Assembly: GCA_963776245.1 (NCBI GenBank)
Contig: CAVZLN010000003.1
Location: forward strand, 768,561 to 832,560
DNA length: 64,000 nucleotides
DNA from: Candidatus Eiseniibacteriota bacterium
Lineage (GTDB): Bacteria; Eisenbacteria; RBG-16-71-46
Reading direction: 5' to 3'
Shown: in pieces, positions 9,590 through 18,180 of the stretch
Position numbering within the stretch: the stretch's first letter is position 1
Layout of the letters: every line of letters starts with the position of its first letter
The notes under the pieces: model-generated
Databases searched by the model: none
What the model saw: the letters and a program-made list of their open reading frames with translations, nothing else
What the model was told of the DNA's origin: nothing
Translations under genes and position numbers: made by a program

Positions 9590-11121
9590 CGTGCCTCCTG
9601 GAGTGGGGAAGTGGGAGTGGAGCGGGTGCGCGCTCGCTCGCGCCGCGGCGCTCGCGCCGGCTCGGTCCAGAGCGCGACCACGGCGTAGGCGCGCCACGGC
9701 CGCCAGCCCTCGGCGCGCGCGAGCACGACGCGCTCGGTCGGCAACGGTCCGCCGCGTGCCAGCGCCTTGCGCACTCCGAGGTCCCCGGCGGGGAAGGCAT
9801 CCGGCTCTCCGAGCGCACGCAGCGCGATGTAGTGCGCCGTCCACTCGCCGATGCCGGGGAACGCGGTGAGGCGCGTCACCGCATCGTCGAGGCCCGCGCT
9901 CATGCCGAGATCGAGCGCCCCGTCCGCGACCGCGCGCGCGAACCCGCGCAGCGCCGCCGCGCGGGCGCGGGTGAGCCCGAGACCTCCGAGCGGAGCGGCC
10001 GCGACCGCCTCGGGCGCCGGGAACGCGTGGGTGAGCCCGCCATCCGGCGTTCGGGCGCGCATCCCACACGCGAGCACCAGACGATGGGCGAGCGTTCGAG
10101 CCGCAGCGACCGAGACCTGCTGGCCGAGCAGCGCGCGCACCCCGGCCTCGAACGGGTCGAACGCCCCGGGCACGCGCACCGCGCGCCCCGCGAGCGCGCG
10201 CGCGAGCCGCGGGTCGCGCCCGAGATGGCGCGCGATCGCCCCGGCGTCCGCGTCGAGGTCGAACACCCGCGTGACGCGCGCGACCAGCCAGGGCAGCGCC
10301 GCGAGCGCGGCGGGCGGCACCCTCAAGGTGACCCCGGTGGCGGCGTCGGCGCGCGCCTCGAGCACCAGCGGACGGACCGTCCCGGCGCCGTCCTCGCGCT
10401 CGCGCGGCGGCAGGAACGTGCGGCGGTAGAGCCCGTCGCCGACTTCCTCGACGCCCGGGATCGCGCGCTGCGCGAGGAACGCGAGCAGCGGGGCGGGCTC
10501 GAACGGCAGGCGCGCGGGCAGCCGCAGGACGAGGGTGCCGTCGTCGTCCGCGACGCGCGTCCGACGCCGGCCGCGCAGCTCGGTGGGAGTGCGCCGGAAG
10601 GTGTGACGCAGCGTCTCGCGGAGCCGGCGCGCGCTCCCGAAGCCGGCCGCGACGGCGACGTCCTCGAGCGGCAATGAGGTGTCCCCGAGCAAGCGGCGCG
10701 CGAAGTGCGCCTGGCGCGTGCGCGCCACGGCGGACGGCGACGCCCCGACGTGTTCCATGAACAGCCGGCGCAGCCAGCGCGAGGTCACGCCGAGCCGGCC
10801 GGCCAGTGCCTCCAGCGAGCCGTGCGAGAGCGCGCCGGCGTCGATGAGCCGCAGCGCGCGCGTGACCGTGGCCGAGGTGCCGCGCCAGGCGGCGCTGCCG
10901 GGCGCGCTGTCGGGACGGCAGCGCAGGCAGGGACGGAAGCCGGCGGACTCGGCGGCCGCGGGCGATCCGTAGAAGCGCACCCGATGACGCGCCGGGAGCT
11001 TCGCGGGGCAGCCGGGCCGGCAGTAGATGCCGGTGGAGGTCACGCCCATCACGAAGCGCCCGACGAAACGGCGGTCGCGGCTCACCCAGGCCCGCCAGCA
11101 GATCTCGGGATCGAGCGTCAT
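9586..11121 (-). CDS. alkA: Fusion protein: Ada N-terminal methylphosphotriester-sensing Zn domain, AraC-type HTH, then AlkA N-terminal domain and HhH-GPD 3-methyladenine DNA glycosylase
   Basis: N-terminus MTLDPEICW…TGIYCRPGCP…FRPCLRCRP matches the Ada Cys38 zinc motif. The middle region is an AraC-like HTH. The C-terminal half is AlkA-like HhH-GPD. Start set at the ATG that aligns with E. coli Ada residue 1; the 32 upstream codons in the ORF track are likely spurious. Confidence 0.85.
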   Translation of the reverse strand: MTLDPEICWRAWVSRDRRFVGRFVMGVTSTGIYCRPGCPAKLPARHRVRFYGSPAAAESAGFRPCLRCRPDSAPGSAAWRGTSATVTRALRLIDAGALSHGSLEALAGRLGVTSRWLRRLFMEHVGASPSAVARTRQAHFARRLLGDTSLPLEDVAVAAGFGSARRLRETLRHTFRRTPTELRGRRRTRVADDDGTLVLRLPARLPFEPAPLLAFLAQRAIPGVEEVGDGLYRRTFLPPREREDGAGTVRPLVLEARADAATGVTLRVPPAALAALPWLVARVTRVFDLDADAGAIARHLGRDPRLARALAGRAVRVPGAFDPFEAGVRALLGQQVSVAAARTLAHRLVLACGMRARTPDGGLTHAFPAPEAVAAAPLGGLGLTRARAAALRGFARAVADGALDLGMSAGLDDAVTRLTAFPGIGEWTAHYIALRALGEPDAFPAGDLGVRKALARGGPLPTERVVLARAEGWRPWRAYAVVALWTEPARAPRRERARTRSTPTSPLQEAR

Positions 11122-11340
11122 GCCCGAAGGAATAGCACGCCGGCGGGGCCATGGGCGGACGATTCCGGAACCCGAACCGATGCCCCACCGGCGGCCGGGA
11201 CCGTGCCGCGCGGCCACCGGGGGGTGGCGCTCCCGCCGCGCGGTTGGCCCGGGTGGTGGCGGTCCCTTAGACTCGCCGTCCGATGACCCGCGCTCGGCGC
11301 CGCGATACGCGCCGCGGAACCCAACCCGGAAGACCCCGCC

Positions 11341-12168
11341 ATGCGATCGTCACGCGTGCTCTGGATCCTCGCGCTCGTCCTGACCCTGTTCTCGGCCTCC
11401 TGGCAGCGCCGCACTGGACCGACCCACCCGATCTCGGGGAGGAGCGTGGTCGCCGGCCGCACGGTCACGTGGACCTTCGAGCGCACGCACAAGGGCGCGG
11501 GCGACCAGGCGGTGGAACTGCGCGCCCCCGAGGGCGTCACGGGCAGGGTGGAGTGGAGGCGGTTCGGCACCGCACTGGACTGGTCCGTGATCCCGATGCG
11601 CCGGCAGGGCGAGCGGCTCGTCGCCGCGCTGCCGTGGCAGCCGCCCGCCGGCGTGCTCAAGTATCGGATCACGGCGGAAGCGGACAGCCAGAGCGTGCTC
11701 ATCCCCGGGCGCGAGCCGGTGACCATCCGCTACACCGGCGAGGTGCCGCCCTTCGTCATGATCCCGCACATCCTCCTCATGATCCTCGCCATGCTGCTCT
11801 CGGCCCGCGCCGGGCTCGAGTGCTTCGCGAAGGCGCCGCGCCTGCGCCCGTTCACGGACTGGACGCTGGGCGTGCTGATCGTCGGCGGGATGATCTTCGG
11901 CCCGCTCGTGCTGAAGAACGCGTTCGGCTTCTGGTGGACCGGGTGGCCGGTGGGCGGCGACATCACCGACAACAAGACGCTGATCGCGCTGGTGGGCTGG
12001 ATCGTCGCGGCGTTCGCGGTGCGCCGGCTCGCGAAGCCGAGCGCGTGGGTGCTGGCCGCCTCGCTCCTGATGTTCCTCGTCTTCATGATCCCGCACAGCT
12101 ACCGCGGCACCGGCTTCGAGGAGCCCGTGACGCCGGCCGCCGGCACGAACGCCCCGGTCCAGCGCTGA
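11341..12168 (+). CDS. Integral membrane protein with N-terminal signal/anchor; hypothetical
   Basis: Hydrophobic N-terminus MRSSRVLWILALVLTLFSASW. About 4 predicted TM segments lie in the C-terminal half (FVMIPHILLMILAMLL…). Codon bias is good, and the gene is divergent from alkA. Confidence 0.6.
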   Translation: MRSSRVLWILALVLTLFSASWQRRTGPTHPISGRSVVAGRTVTWTFERTHKGAGDQAVELRAPEGVTGRVEWRRFGTALDWSVIPMRRQGERLVAALPWQPPAGVLKYRITAEADSQSVLIPGREPVTIRYTGEVPPFVMIPHILLMILAMLLSARAGLECFAKAPRLRPFTDWTLGVLIVGGMIFGPLVLKNAFGFWWTGWPVGGDITDNKTLIALVGWIVAAFAVRRLAKPSAWVLAASLLMFLVFMIPHSYRGTGFEEPVTPAAGTNAPVQR

Positions 12169-12213
12169 CGGGGGCTGGGGCGCGGCACCGGTGAAGGTCC
12201 CGGGGTGCGCGCG

Positions 12214-13857
12214 TCAGCGCGCGGGATGCAGGCGGGCCAGCACCAGCGTGGGCGTGCGCAGCACGATCTCCACCGGGCCCGGGTTGCCGCGCGCCACCGC
12301 GTGCTCGCGCGACGGCCGGAACGCCGCGTACACCAGCGAGTCGGGAGCGCGCCACGCATCGAGCGGGCCGGCGAGCGCGGGCGCCACCGCCAGCACGTGG
12401 CGCGAATAGAGCCGCAGCGAGGGCGGTGGCGGTTCGTCGAGCACCAGCGGCGCCCGTTCGGGCGCGGCGGCGTCGAGCGCCGCCGCCACCGAGCGGGCGC
12501 TCAGGTAGTCCTCGATCGCCGGCAGCACGCGCAGCGCCGCGACCGGCGCGCCGAGCGCCACCGGCAGCGCGATCAGCGCCGCGGCGAGCCGCCGGCGCCC
12601 CGCGAGCTGGGCGAGGAAGGGCAGCCAGGTGGTGGCGAACGTGAGCGCCCCGAGCAGCCGCAGTCCGGCCGCGGCGTCGGGCACCCGCGTCGCCATGACC
12701 GCGAACAGCAGCCCCGCGACCGTCCCGGTGCACGCGAGCATGAGCGTGGCGCGGCCGAGCGCGGCGGCGAGCCGCTCGGGCGCCTCGGTGAGGTGGTCCA
12801 CGAACCGCCCGCACAGCAGCGCGGCCGCGGGCAGCGCCGGCAATGCGGCCGTGAGCGGTGGCCCGGGGTAGAGCGCCAGCGGCACGCTCGACATCACCAG
12901 GCAGGCCACGAAGAAGTGCGCCGCCGACTCCTCGCGCCGCTCGCGCGCCAGCGGATCACCGGGCAGCGGTTCCGCGCCGGGGACCAGCGGGGGGTGCGGC
13001 CTTCGCCAGCCGTACGCCGCATGGCGCAGCGCCTCGGGCACCAGGGCGGCCCACGGGAACGCGCCCACGGCCACGAACGACATCGCGACGACCGCCGCCG
13101 AATACCAGGTCCCGTGCGTGCCGGCGCCGTAGGGGAAGAACGTCGCGTGCGCCAGGAATCCACCGCCGTGCAGCGCGAACATCGCGCCGTACCACGGCAG
13201 CGCCAGCCCCGCGATCAGCGCCACCCCCGCCAGCGGACGGACGGCCCGCGTGCCGCCGGGATGGCGCGCCAGCGCCACGTAGAGCGCGAGCGCGCCGAGC
13301 GGCCACAGGGCGGGCAGCGGTCCCGCGACCACGAAGGCCGCCGCGAGCGCGCCCCACGTCACCACCAGCCGCAGGTCGCGCCCGCGCGCCCGGCCGAACA
13401 GCGCGTCCGCGAAGCCCGCCGCGCCCACCCATCCCAGGAACGTGCCGAGCAACTGGGCGCCATCGGTGCGCGCGGCATGCGGGAGCGCGAGCATGGTGAC
13501 CAGCGCGACCGCCGCGCTCCAGCCGGCGCGTGCCCCGAAGTGGCTCGCCCCGATCGAGAACGTGAGCAGCGCCAGCGCCAGCGCCAGCCCCGCGCGCCAC
13601 AGCCGGACCCCGCGCGGGGAACCGGGCACGCCGGGGGTGAACAGCGCCCCCACGACCTCGGGCGCGTAGGCGAGCGCGGGCTTGTCGAACAGCGGTTCGT
13701 GTCCGAGCAGCGGCGTGAGCACCTCCTGAGCGCCGATCATCTCGCGCGCCACTTCGGCGTCGCGCGCCTCGCGCTCGTCGGTGAAGCCGATGAGGTCGAG
13801 GCCGGTGAACAGCACCAGCAGGCACGAGACCACGAACACGAGCCGGGCGAGACGCAT
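12214..13857 (-). CDS. Glycosyltransferase family 39 (ArnT/PMT_2-like) polytopic membrane protein
   Basis: N-terminus …FTDEREARDAEVAREMIGAQEVLTPLLGHEPLFDKPALAY matches the GT39/PMT_2 signature (DE.RYAE.AREM…EP.F.KPPL.YW). Many TM helices. ATG start verified. Confidence 0.75.
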   Translation of the reverse strand: MRLARLVFVVSCLLVLFTGLDLIGFTDEREARDAEVAREMIGAQEVLTPLLGHEPLFDKPALAYAPEVVGALFTPGVPGSPRGVRLWRAGLALALALLTFSIGASHFGARAGWSAAVALVTMLALPHAARTDGAQLLGTFLGWVGAAGFADALFGRARGRDLRLVVTWGALAAAFVVAGPLPALWPLGALALYVALARHPGGTRAVRPLAGVALIAGLALPWYGAMFALHGGGFLAHATFFPYGAGTHGTWYSAAVVAMSFVAVGAFPWAALVPEALRHAAYGWRRPHPPLVPGAEPLPGDPLARERREESAAHFFVACLVMSSVPLALYPGPPLTAALPALPAAALLCGRFVDHLTEAPERLAAALGRATLMLACTGTVAGLLFAVMATRVPDAAAGLRLLGALTFATTWLPFLAQLAGRRRLAAALIALPVALGAPVAALRVLPAIEDYLSARSVAAALDAAAPERAPLVLDEPPPPSLRLYSRHVLAVAPALAGPLDAWRAPDSLVYAAFRPSREHAVARGNPGPVEIVLRTPTLVLARLHPAR

Positions 13858-14029
13858 GGGACGCGCAGACTATCAGAGGGCGCGCGAGGCCACGACGCGC
13901 GGGGTGGCCATCGGCGGCCGGCCGCGCCCCGGCGGCCAAGCAGCAACGGCGTGCGCGATCGGCCGCAGCATCGGCCGTGCGCGCACGCCGCCATGGGCCC
14001 GCCCCCGCGGGGGCGGAGACCCGGCCGGT

Positions 14030-14167
14030 CTAGGTCCCGGGTGGCGAGAGGGTGACGAACAGCAGGAACGCGAGCGCGAGCGACAGCAGCACGACGAGCA
14101 GGATGTCCTGCATCATCGAGCCCGACGGATGATGCTGACGGCGCGACGGGGGTAGAGCCTGGGACAT
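14030..14167 (-). CDS. Possible small hydrophobic peptide (45 aa; MSQALPPSRRQHHPSGSMMQDILLVVLLSLALAFLLFVTLSPPGT) upstream of the GT39 gene
   Basis: ORF read directly on the minus strand; it is absent from the ORF track and has one clear TM helix. There is no strong SD. Low confidence. Confidence 0.2.
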   Translation of the reverse strand: MSQALPPSRRQHHPSGSMMQDILLVVLLSLALAFLLFVTLSPPGT

Positions 14168-14418
14168 GGCACGCACCTCCGCGCCGCAGGGGGGCACCCG
14201 CGGTGCGAGGAGGATTCCGATCCAGCGGCGTGAGCGACCTCCCCCGGGGACGCCGCCGGTGCAGCATCGCTGCTCGCGAGACTATATAGTGGAGGCGAGC
14301 GGGCGGGCCGCCTCGATTAGGAGACAGGCCCTGGCGTCCGACGGGACGCTCTCCCCGCTGCCCGTGCGGGCACCGAGGCGGCCAACCTTTCCGGTCCGAA
14401 AGGCACCTAACCCATCGA

Positions 14419-15012
14419 GTGATGCGAGACGACGACGCCCCGGGTGCCGACCGCCCCCTGATCGACGCGCTGATCGATCGCGGGGACGAGCAGGCCTTCC
14501 GCGAGCTGTACCGCCGGCACAATCCGGCGCTGTACCAGCTCCTGCTGCGCATGCTCGGTGGGGACGACCAGGACGCCGAGGACATCGCCCAGGAGACCTG
14601 GGTGCAGGCGGTCAAGAGCCTCGCGGGATTCCGCGGCTCGTCGAGCTTCCGCACGTGGCTCACGGCCATCGGCATCAACCGCTGCCGGAACCTGTTCCGC
14701 AGCCGCAAGCGGAAGAACACGGTGCCGTGGATCGAAGGCTGGGACCCGCCGGCGCCGGAGGTGCCGGTGGGAGCGCGCATCGACCTCGAGCGGGCGATCG
14801 CGCTGCTGCCCGATGGGTACCGGGCGGTGCTGGTGCTGCACGACGTGGAAGGGTACACGCACGAGGAGATCGCGGCCCGGCTGGGCATCAACGCGGGAAC
14901 GTCGAAGAGCCAGTTGTTCTGGGCTCGACGGGCGGTCCGGGGCCTGCTGGAACCGATGGCATCGAGGAGGGAGCGAGATCATGAACGACGAGCTGAACCC
15001 GAACGAGCGTGA
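14419..15012 (+). CDS. ECF (sigma-70 family, RpoE-like) RNA polymerase sigma factor
   Basis: Region 2 (…FRELYRRHNPALYQLLLRMLGGDDQDAEDIAQETWVQAVKSLAGF) and region 4 (LPDGYRAVLVLHDVEGYTHEEIAARLGINAGTSKSQLFWARRAV). The first codon is GTG, with an ATG at 14422. Confidence 0.8.
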   Translation: MMRDDDAPGADRPLIDALIDRGDEQAFRELYRRHNPALYQLLLRMLGGDDQDAEDIAQETWVQAVKSLAGFRGSSSFRTWLTAIGINRCRNLFRSRKRKNTVPWIEGWDPPAPEVPVGARIDLERAIALLPDGYRAVLVLHDVEGYTHEEIAARLGINAGTSKSQLFWARRAVRGLLEPMASRRERDHERRAEPERA

Positions 15013-15523
15013 CGCGTTCGAGGCGCTGCCGCGCGAGCGGCAGGCGCCGCGCGCGCTCGAGGAGCGGGTGCTGGGTGCGCTGCGACGCGAGGGCCTGGTG
15101 CGCGCGCCGCGTGCCGCGCGCCCCGCGTGGTGGTCGTGGCGGCTGGTGCCGGCGATGGCCGCCGGGCTCGCGCTGTTCGCGGGTGGTGTGGTGGTGGGCG
15201 TGCGTCTGGAGCCGACGGTCGCTCCGCGTTCCAGCCTGACGGCGGCGTCGGTGGGCGCCGGCGGCGATCGCGCCGCGCGCATCGAGCGCAGCGGCAGCCG
15301 CTATCTCGACGAGCTCACGGCGCTGAGCCGCGCGACCGACACCACGCAGTCGCCCGAGCGCGCACGCGGGCGGCTGGCCGCGGGCCGCATCCTGCGCCAG
15401 GCCGCGCAGGAAGTGGCGCGCATGGATCCGAACGACCCGCTGGCCGAGCGCATCCTCGGCGGCGGCGAACTGGTGAGCGCCCAGTTGGCGAACAACGAGC
15501 CCACCCACTTCGTGTGGTACTGA
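14981..15523 (+). CDS. Anti-sigma factor, single-pass membrane protein
   Basis: The ATG overlaps the 3-prime end of the sigma gene. One TM segment (WWSWRLVPAMAAGLALFAGGVVVGV) is followed by a periplasmic domain. This placement is typical for an ECF anti-sigma. Confidence 0.6.
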   Translation: MNDELNPNERDAFEALPRERQAPRALEERVLGALRREGLVRAPRAARPAWWSWRLVPAMAAGLALFAGGVVVGVRLEPTVAPRSSLTAASVGAGGDRAARIERSGSRYLDELTALSRATDTTQSPERARGRLAAGRILRQAAQEVARMDPNDPLAERILGGGELVSAQLANNEPTHFVWY

Positions 15524-15563
15524 GGCGGCACGGGCGATGGGACGAACGATGGAGAAGGACCGG

Positions 15564-16463
15564 ATGAACCTGCGGATGTCGATCGTGATCGGCGTGATCG
15601 TGACCCTGGCGGCGCTCGCGGCGTGGGCCGCGGCGCTCGGACTGACCGCGTGCGCCGCATGGGCGGGTGAGGCGCCGGCGCCCGGGCCGCGCGTGATGAC
15701 GAAGGTGCGCGTGGTCGCCCCCGCGGACCCCGGCGCGCCCGGGACGCCGCGCCTCGTCCGCGCCCCGCTGGCGCCGATGCCGGACGAGGTCTCGGCGCGC
15801 GGATGGTTCGGCATGCAGTTCACCTGCAGCGAGTGCACCATCGAGCCGCGCACCGCGAGCAAGGCCCCAGTGTGGACCTTCGCCGAGCCGCCCGAGGTCT
15901 ACCGCGTCGAGCCCGGTGGCCCCGCCGACAAGGGCGGCATGCTGCCCGGCGACGTGCTCACCCAGATCGACGGCCTGGCGCTCGACTCGGCCGAGGGCGG
16001 CCGGCGCTTCGGCGCCGTGGAGCCCGGGCAGAAGGTGCACTGGACGGTGCGCCGCGGCGGCGCGACGCGCGATCTCGCGGTGGTCGCGGGGGAGCGCCCC
16101 GGCCAGGGCCAGGTCCCGAGCCGCGAGGCCCAGCTGGCACGACTCAACGAGCAGCTCGTCCGCGCGCGCGAGATGCTCGTGCGCACGCGCGACCTCGAGG
16201 ACATGGGACAGATGCGCCAGGCGGTCGACCGGGCGCGCGCCCAGCTCGCGCAGCTCGAGTTCGAACGCGCGTTCCGCGCGCCGATGGCGTCGCGCACGCG
16301 CAACGCGGCGCAGCCGCTGCGCTACAGCGGCACCGTCGGCTGTTCGGACGTGGACGTTCGCGGCGTCGGCGCGGTGAACGTGACGGTGAGCCAGGAAGGC
16401 GACGAGATCGTGATCACCACCGGCGACGCGACGGTGCGGGTGAAGGCGGGCGCGAAGAAGTAG
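15564..16463 (+). CDS. Membrane-anchored PDZ-domain protein
   Basis: N-terminal TM (MNLRMSIVIGVIVTLAALAAWAAALGL) and a PDZ-like segment (…GGPADKGGMLPGDVLTQIDGLALDS…). SD GGAGAAGGA lies 5 nt before this ATG. The ORF track starts at 15537 on an upstream ATG. Confidence 0.65.
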   Translation: MNLRMSIVIGVIVTLAALAAWAAALGLTACAAWAGEAPAPGPRVMTKVRVVAPADPGAPGTPRLVRAPLAPMPDEVSARGWFGMQFTCSECTIEPRTASKAPVWTFAEPPEVYRVEPGGPADKGGMLPGDVLTQIDGLALDSAEGGRRFGAVEPGQKVHWTVRRGGATRDLAVVAGERPGQGQVPSREAQLARLNEQLVRAREMLVRTRDLEDMGQMRQAVDRARAQLAQLEFERAFRAPMASRTRNAAQPLRYSGTVGCSDVDVRGVGAVNVTVSQEGDEIVITTGDATVRVKAGAKK

Positions 16464-16508
16464 CGGGGGGCGAAGCGCGGCGGATCCGCTGGTGGCCGGA
16501 ACCCGCCC

Positions 16509-17477
16509 CTACACCGCCTCGGAGATCGGGAGTTCGAGCGGCTGCTCGACGTATCCTCGCTCGAGGTGGCCCATGATCGCCTCGGCGGTCCGCGACCCGG
16601 CGGCCAGCTCCATCTGGCCGATCTCCGTACCGCAGCGCGGACAGACCAGCGGATCCACCTGGAAGACGCGCTGGAGCAGTTCGTCCCAGGTCCCGAAGGC
16701 GTGCACTTCCTTGCAGCTGCCGCAGCGCACCATCGCCGGTTCTCCGAGCAACTCGGCGGCCGTCGGCGGCTCCACCCGCGTGTCCGTCTCGAAGTGCTCG
16801 CGGTACCAGCGATGGTAGTGGTGGCGGGCCCACCCGCGGTCCACCCATCCGGTGATCATGCCGGTGATCCCGATGCGCGTGCTCGGATTCACGGTCGCCA
16901 TGAAGATGTGCCCGCCCACCAGCGGCAGGCCCGCGACCGCCATCGCGACATGGAGCACCCACGGGAAGAACGCCGTGCCCGGCAGCCACACGGCGATGCC
17001 GGTGGCGATGTAGAGCGTGTAGGTCGTGCTCACCATCATGAAGTTGAGCTTCTCGGCGGCGTTGAACTTGCCCTGCTCGGGAGCGGGGAAGCTCGGATCC
17101 ACCGCGGCCCGGTGCGCCACCAGGAGCCAGCGCACGTCATCGCGGGTCCAGACCCAGCCCTCGCGGATGTTCTCGAGGTGAGTGCGCCACTCGCGACGCC
17201 CCCACAGCAACGCGATCGGGGGAAGGGCGATCAGGGCGATGCCGACGGCGCGATGGATCCACCCGAACAGGGCGCGCACGTGACGCGGCTGCGGCTCGCC
17301 CCACTGCAGCAGCATGATCAGCGCGGTGGCGTAGAGCAGCACGTAGGGGATCGCCAGGGCCCAGTGGAGCCAGCGCTCCGAGGCATGGAAGCGCAGGATG
17401 GTCGGCGATTCCTTGGGCGCGATGTGCAGGTCCGCGGGGGGCCGCGCCACCCCCGACCGATGTGGGTCCATGGACAA
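16509..17477 (-). CDS. b-type cytochrome (Ni/Fe-hydrogenase/formate-dehydrogenase gamma-like, PF01292-type) with a C-terminal CxxC…CxxC zinc-ribbon extension
   Basis: Four TM helices with conserved His (…WLHWALAIPYV…, …GGHIFMATV…). C-terminus …VRCGSCKEVH…VCPRCGTE. The start is a TTG 9 nt after GGAAGGAG, or the ATG 6 nt downstream. Confidence 0.7.
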   Translation of the reverse strand: MSMDPHRSGVARPPADLHIAPKESPTILRFHASERWLHWALAIPYVLLYATALIMLLQWGEPQPRHVRALFGWIHRAVGIALIALPPIALLWGRREWRTHLENIREGWVWTRDDVRWLLVAHRAAVDPSFPAPEQGKFNAAEKLNFMMVSTTYTLYIATGIAVWLPGTAFFPWVLHVAMAVAGLPLVGGHIFMATVNPSTRIGITGMITGWVDRGWARHHYHRWYREHFETDTRVEPPTAAELLGEPAMVRCGSCKEVHAFGTWDELLQRVFQVDPLVCPRCGTEIGQMELAAGSRTAEAIMGHLERGYVEQPLELPISEAV

Positions 17478-17514
17478 TCGAGCGATCTCCTTCCGCGCTG
17501 CGTGGTTGCAAGAA

Positions 17515-17548
17515 TGGGTCCACCGGGCGGGATCCCGGGACAGGATCC
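17515..17548. promoter_or_regulatory. Palindromic element GGCGGGATCCCGGGACAGGATCCCGATCCCGCC in a divergent promoter region
   Basis: Read directly between the cytochrome b start and the DCC-family gene start: 9-bp inverted arms GGCGGGATC/GATCCCGCC and two internal GGGATCCC palindromes. Confidence 0.3.
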
Positions 17549-17748
17549 CGATCCCGCCTTCGCGATCACAGGTTCGGCCAGCCCGGGCTCATGCCCGGAG
17601 GTCCGGCCGGGGCCCGCGGCGGCTCGCGGGCGGGTATCGCGCCTGAGGACGCAGGGAGGCGCCCAGGTCAGAACGCGAGGCTCGGCGTGCAGGTTACGAT
17701 GCGGTCCGGCTCGGCCGGATCCCGCCCGTCTCGTACACTGGGTCCCCC

Positions 17749-18129
17749 ATGGATGCTCCCGAATACACGCTGTTGGTGGACGGAACCTGCCGCCTTTGTG
17801 CCCGTCTGGTCACCACGGTCCGCGCGTGGGACCGCGACGGGAGGGTGGAGTGCGTCCCTTATCAGGACCCCTCGGTGCCGGCGCGCTTCCCTCGCCTCGC
17901 ACCGGCGGCCCTCGCCGGCCAGGTGCACCTGGTCGCCGCGGACGGGGCGACCTGGACCGGCGCCGCGGCGATCGAGCGACTCCTCGGCCTGATGCCGCGC
18001 GGGCGGGCGCTCGCGTGGGTGTTCCGCCTGCCGCTCGCGGGGCGCATCGCCGAGCACGTGTACCGCCGGGTGGCGCGCGACCGTCACCGCTTCGGCTGTG
18101 TGGCGCACGGCGCGGGGGACGAGCGCTGA
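17749..18129 (+). CDS. DCC-family (DUF393) thiol-disulfide oxidoreductase
   Basis: MDAPEYTLLVDGTCRLCARLVTTVRAWDRDGRVECVPYQD matches the DCC family (…FDG.C.LC...V.FL...D..GRL.F…). ATG verified. Confidence 0.75.
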   Translation: MDAPEYTLLVDGTCRLCARLVTTVRAWDRDGRVECVPYQDPSVPARFPRLAPAALAGQVHLVAADGATWTGAAAIERLLGLMPRGRALAWVFRLPLAGRIAEHVYRRVARDRHRFGCVAHGAGDER

Positions 18130-18180
18130 GACCGGGGCCGCGGCGATCCGCGGCGGTCGCGCCCCGGGCACGCCTGGGCC

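Noticed and set aside
9832-10677. Plus-strand ORFs antisense to alkA/ogt and the minus-strand 9026..11188 ORF N-terminal to ogt
   Set aside because: The Ogt domain only begins at the ATG at 9589, which has an SD. The rest is the alkA coding region read in another frame or antisense.
12205-14055. 616-aa plus-strand ORF antisense to the GT39 gene, and the 327-aa minus ORF 12956..13939
   Set aside because: Low-complexity R/G/E-rich translation. The GT39 gene on the minus strand carries a clear family signature.
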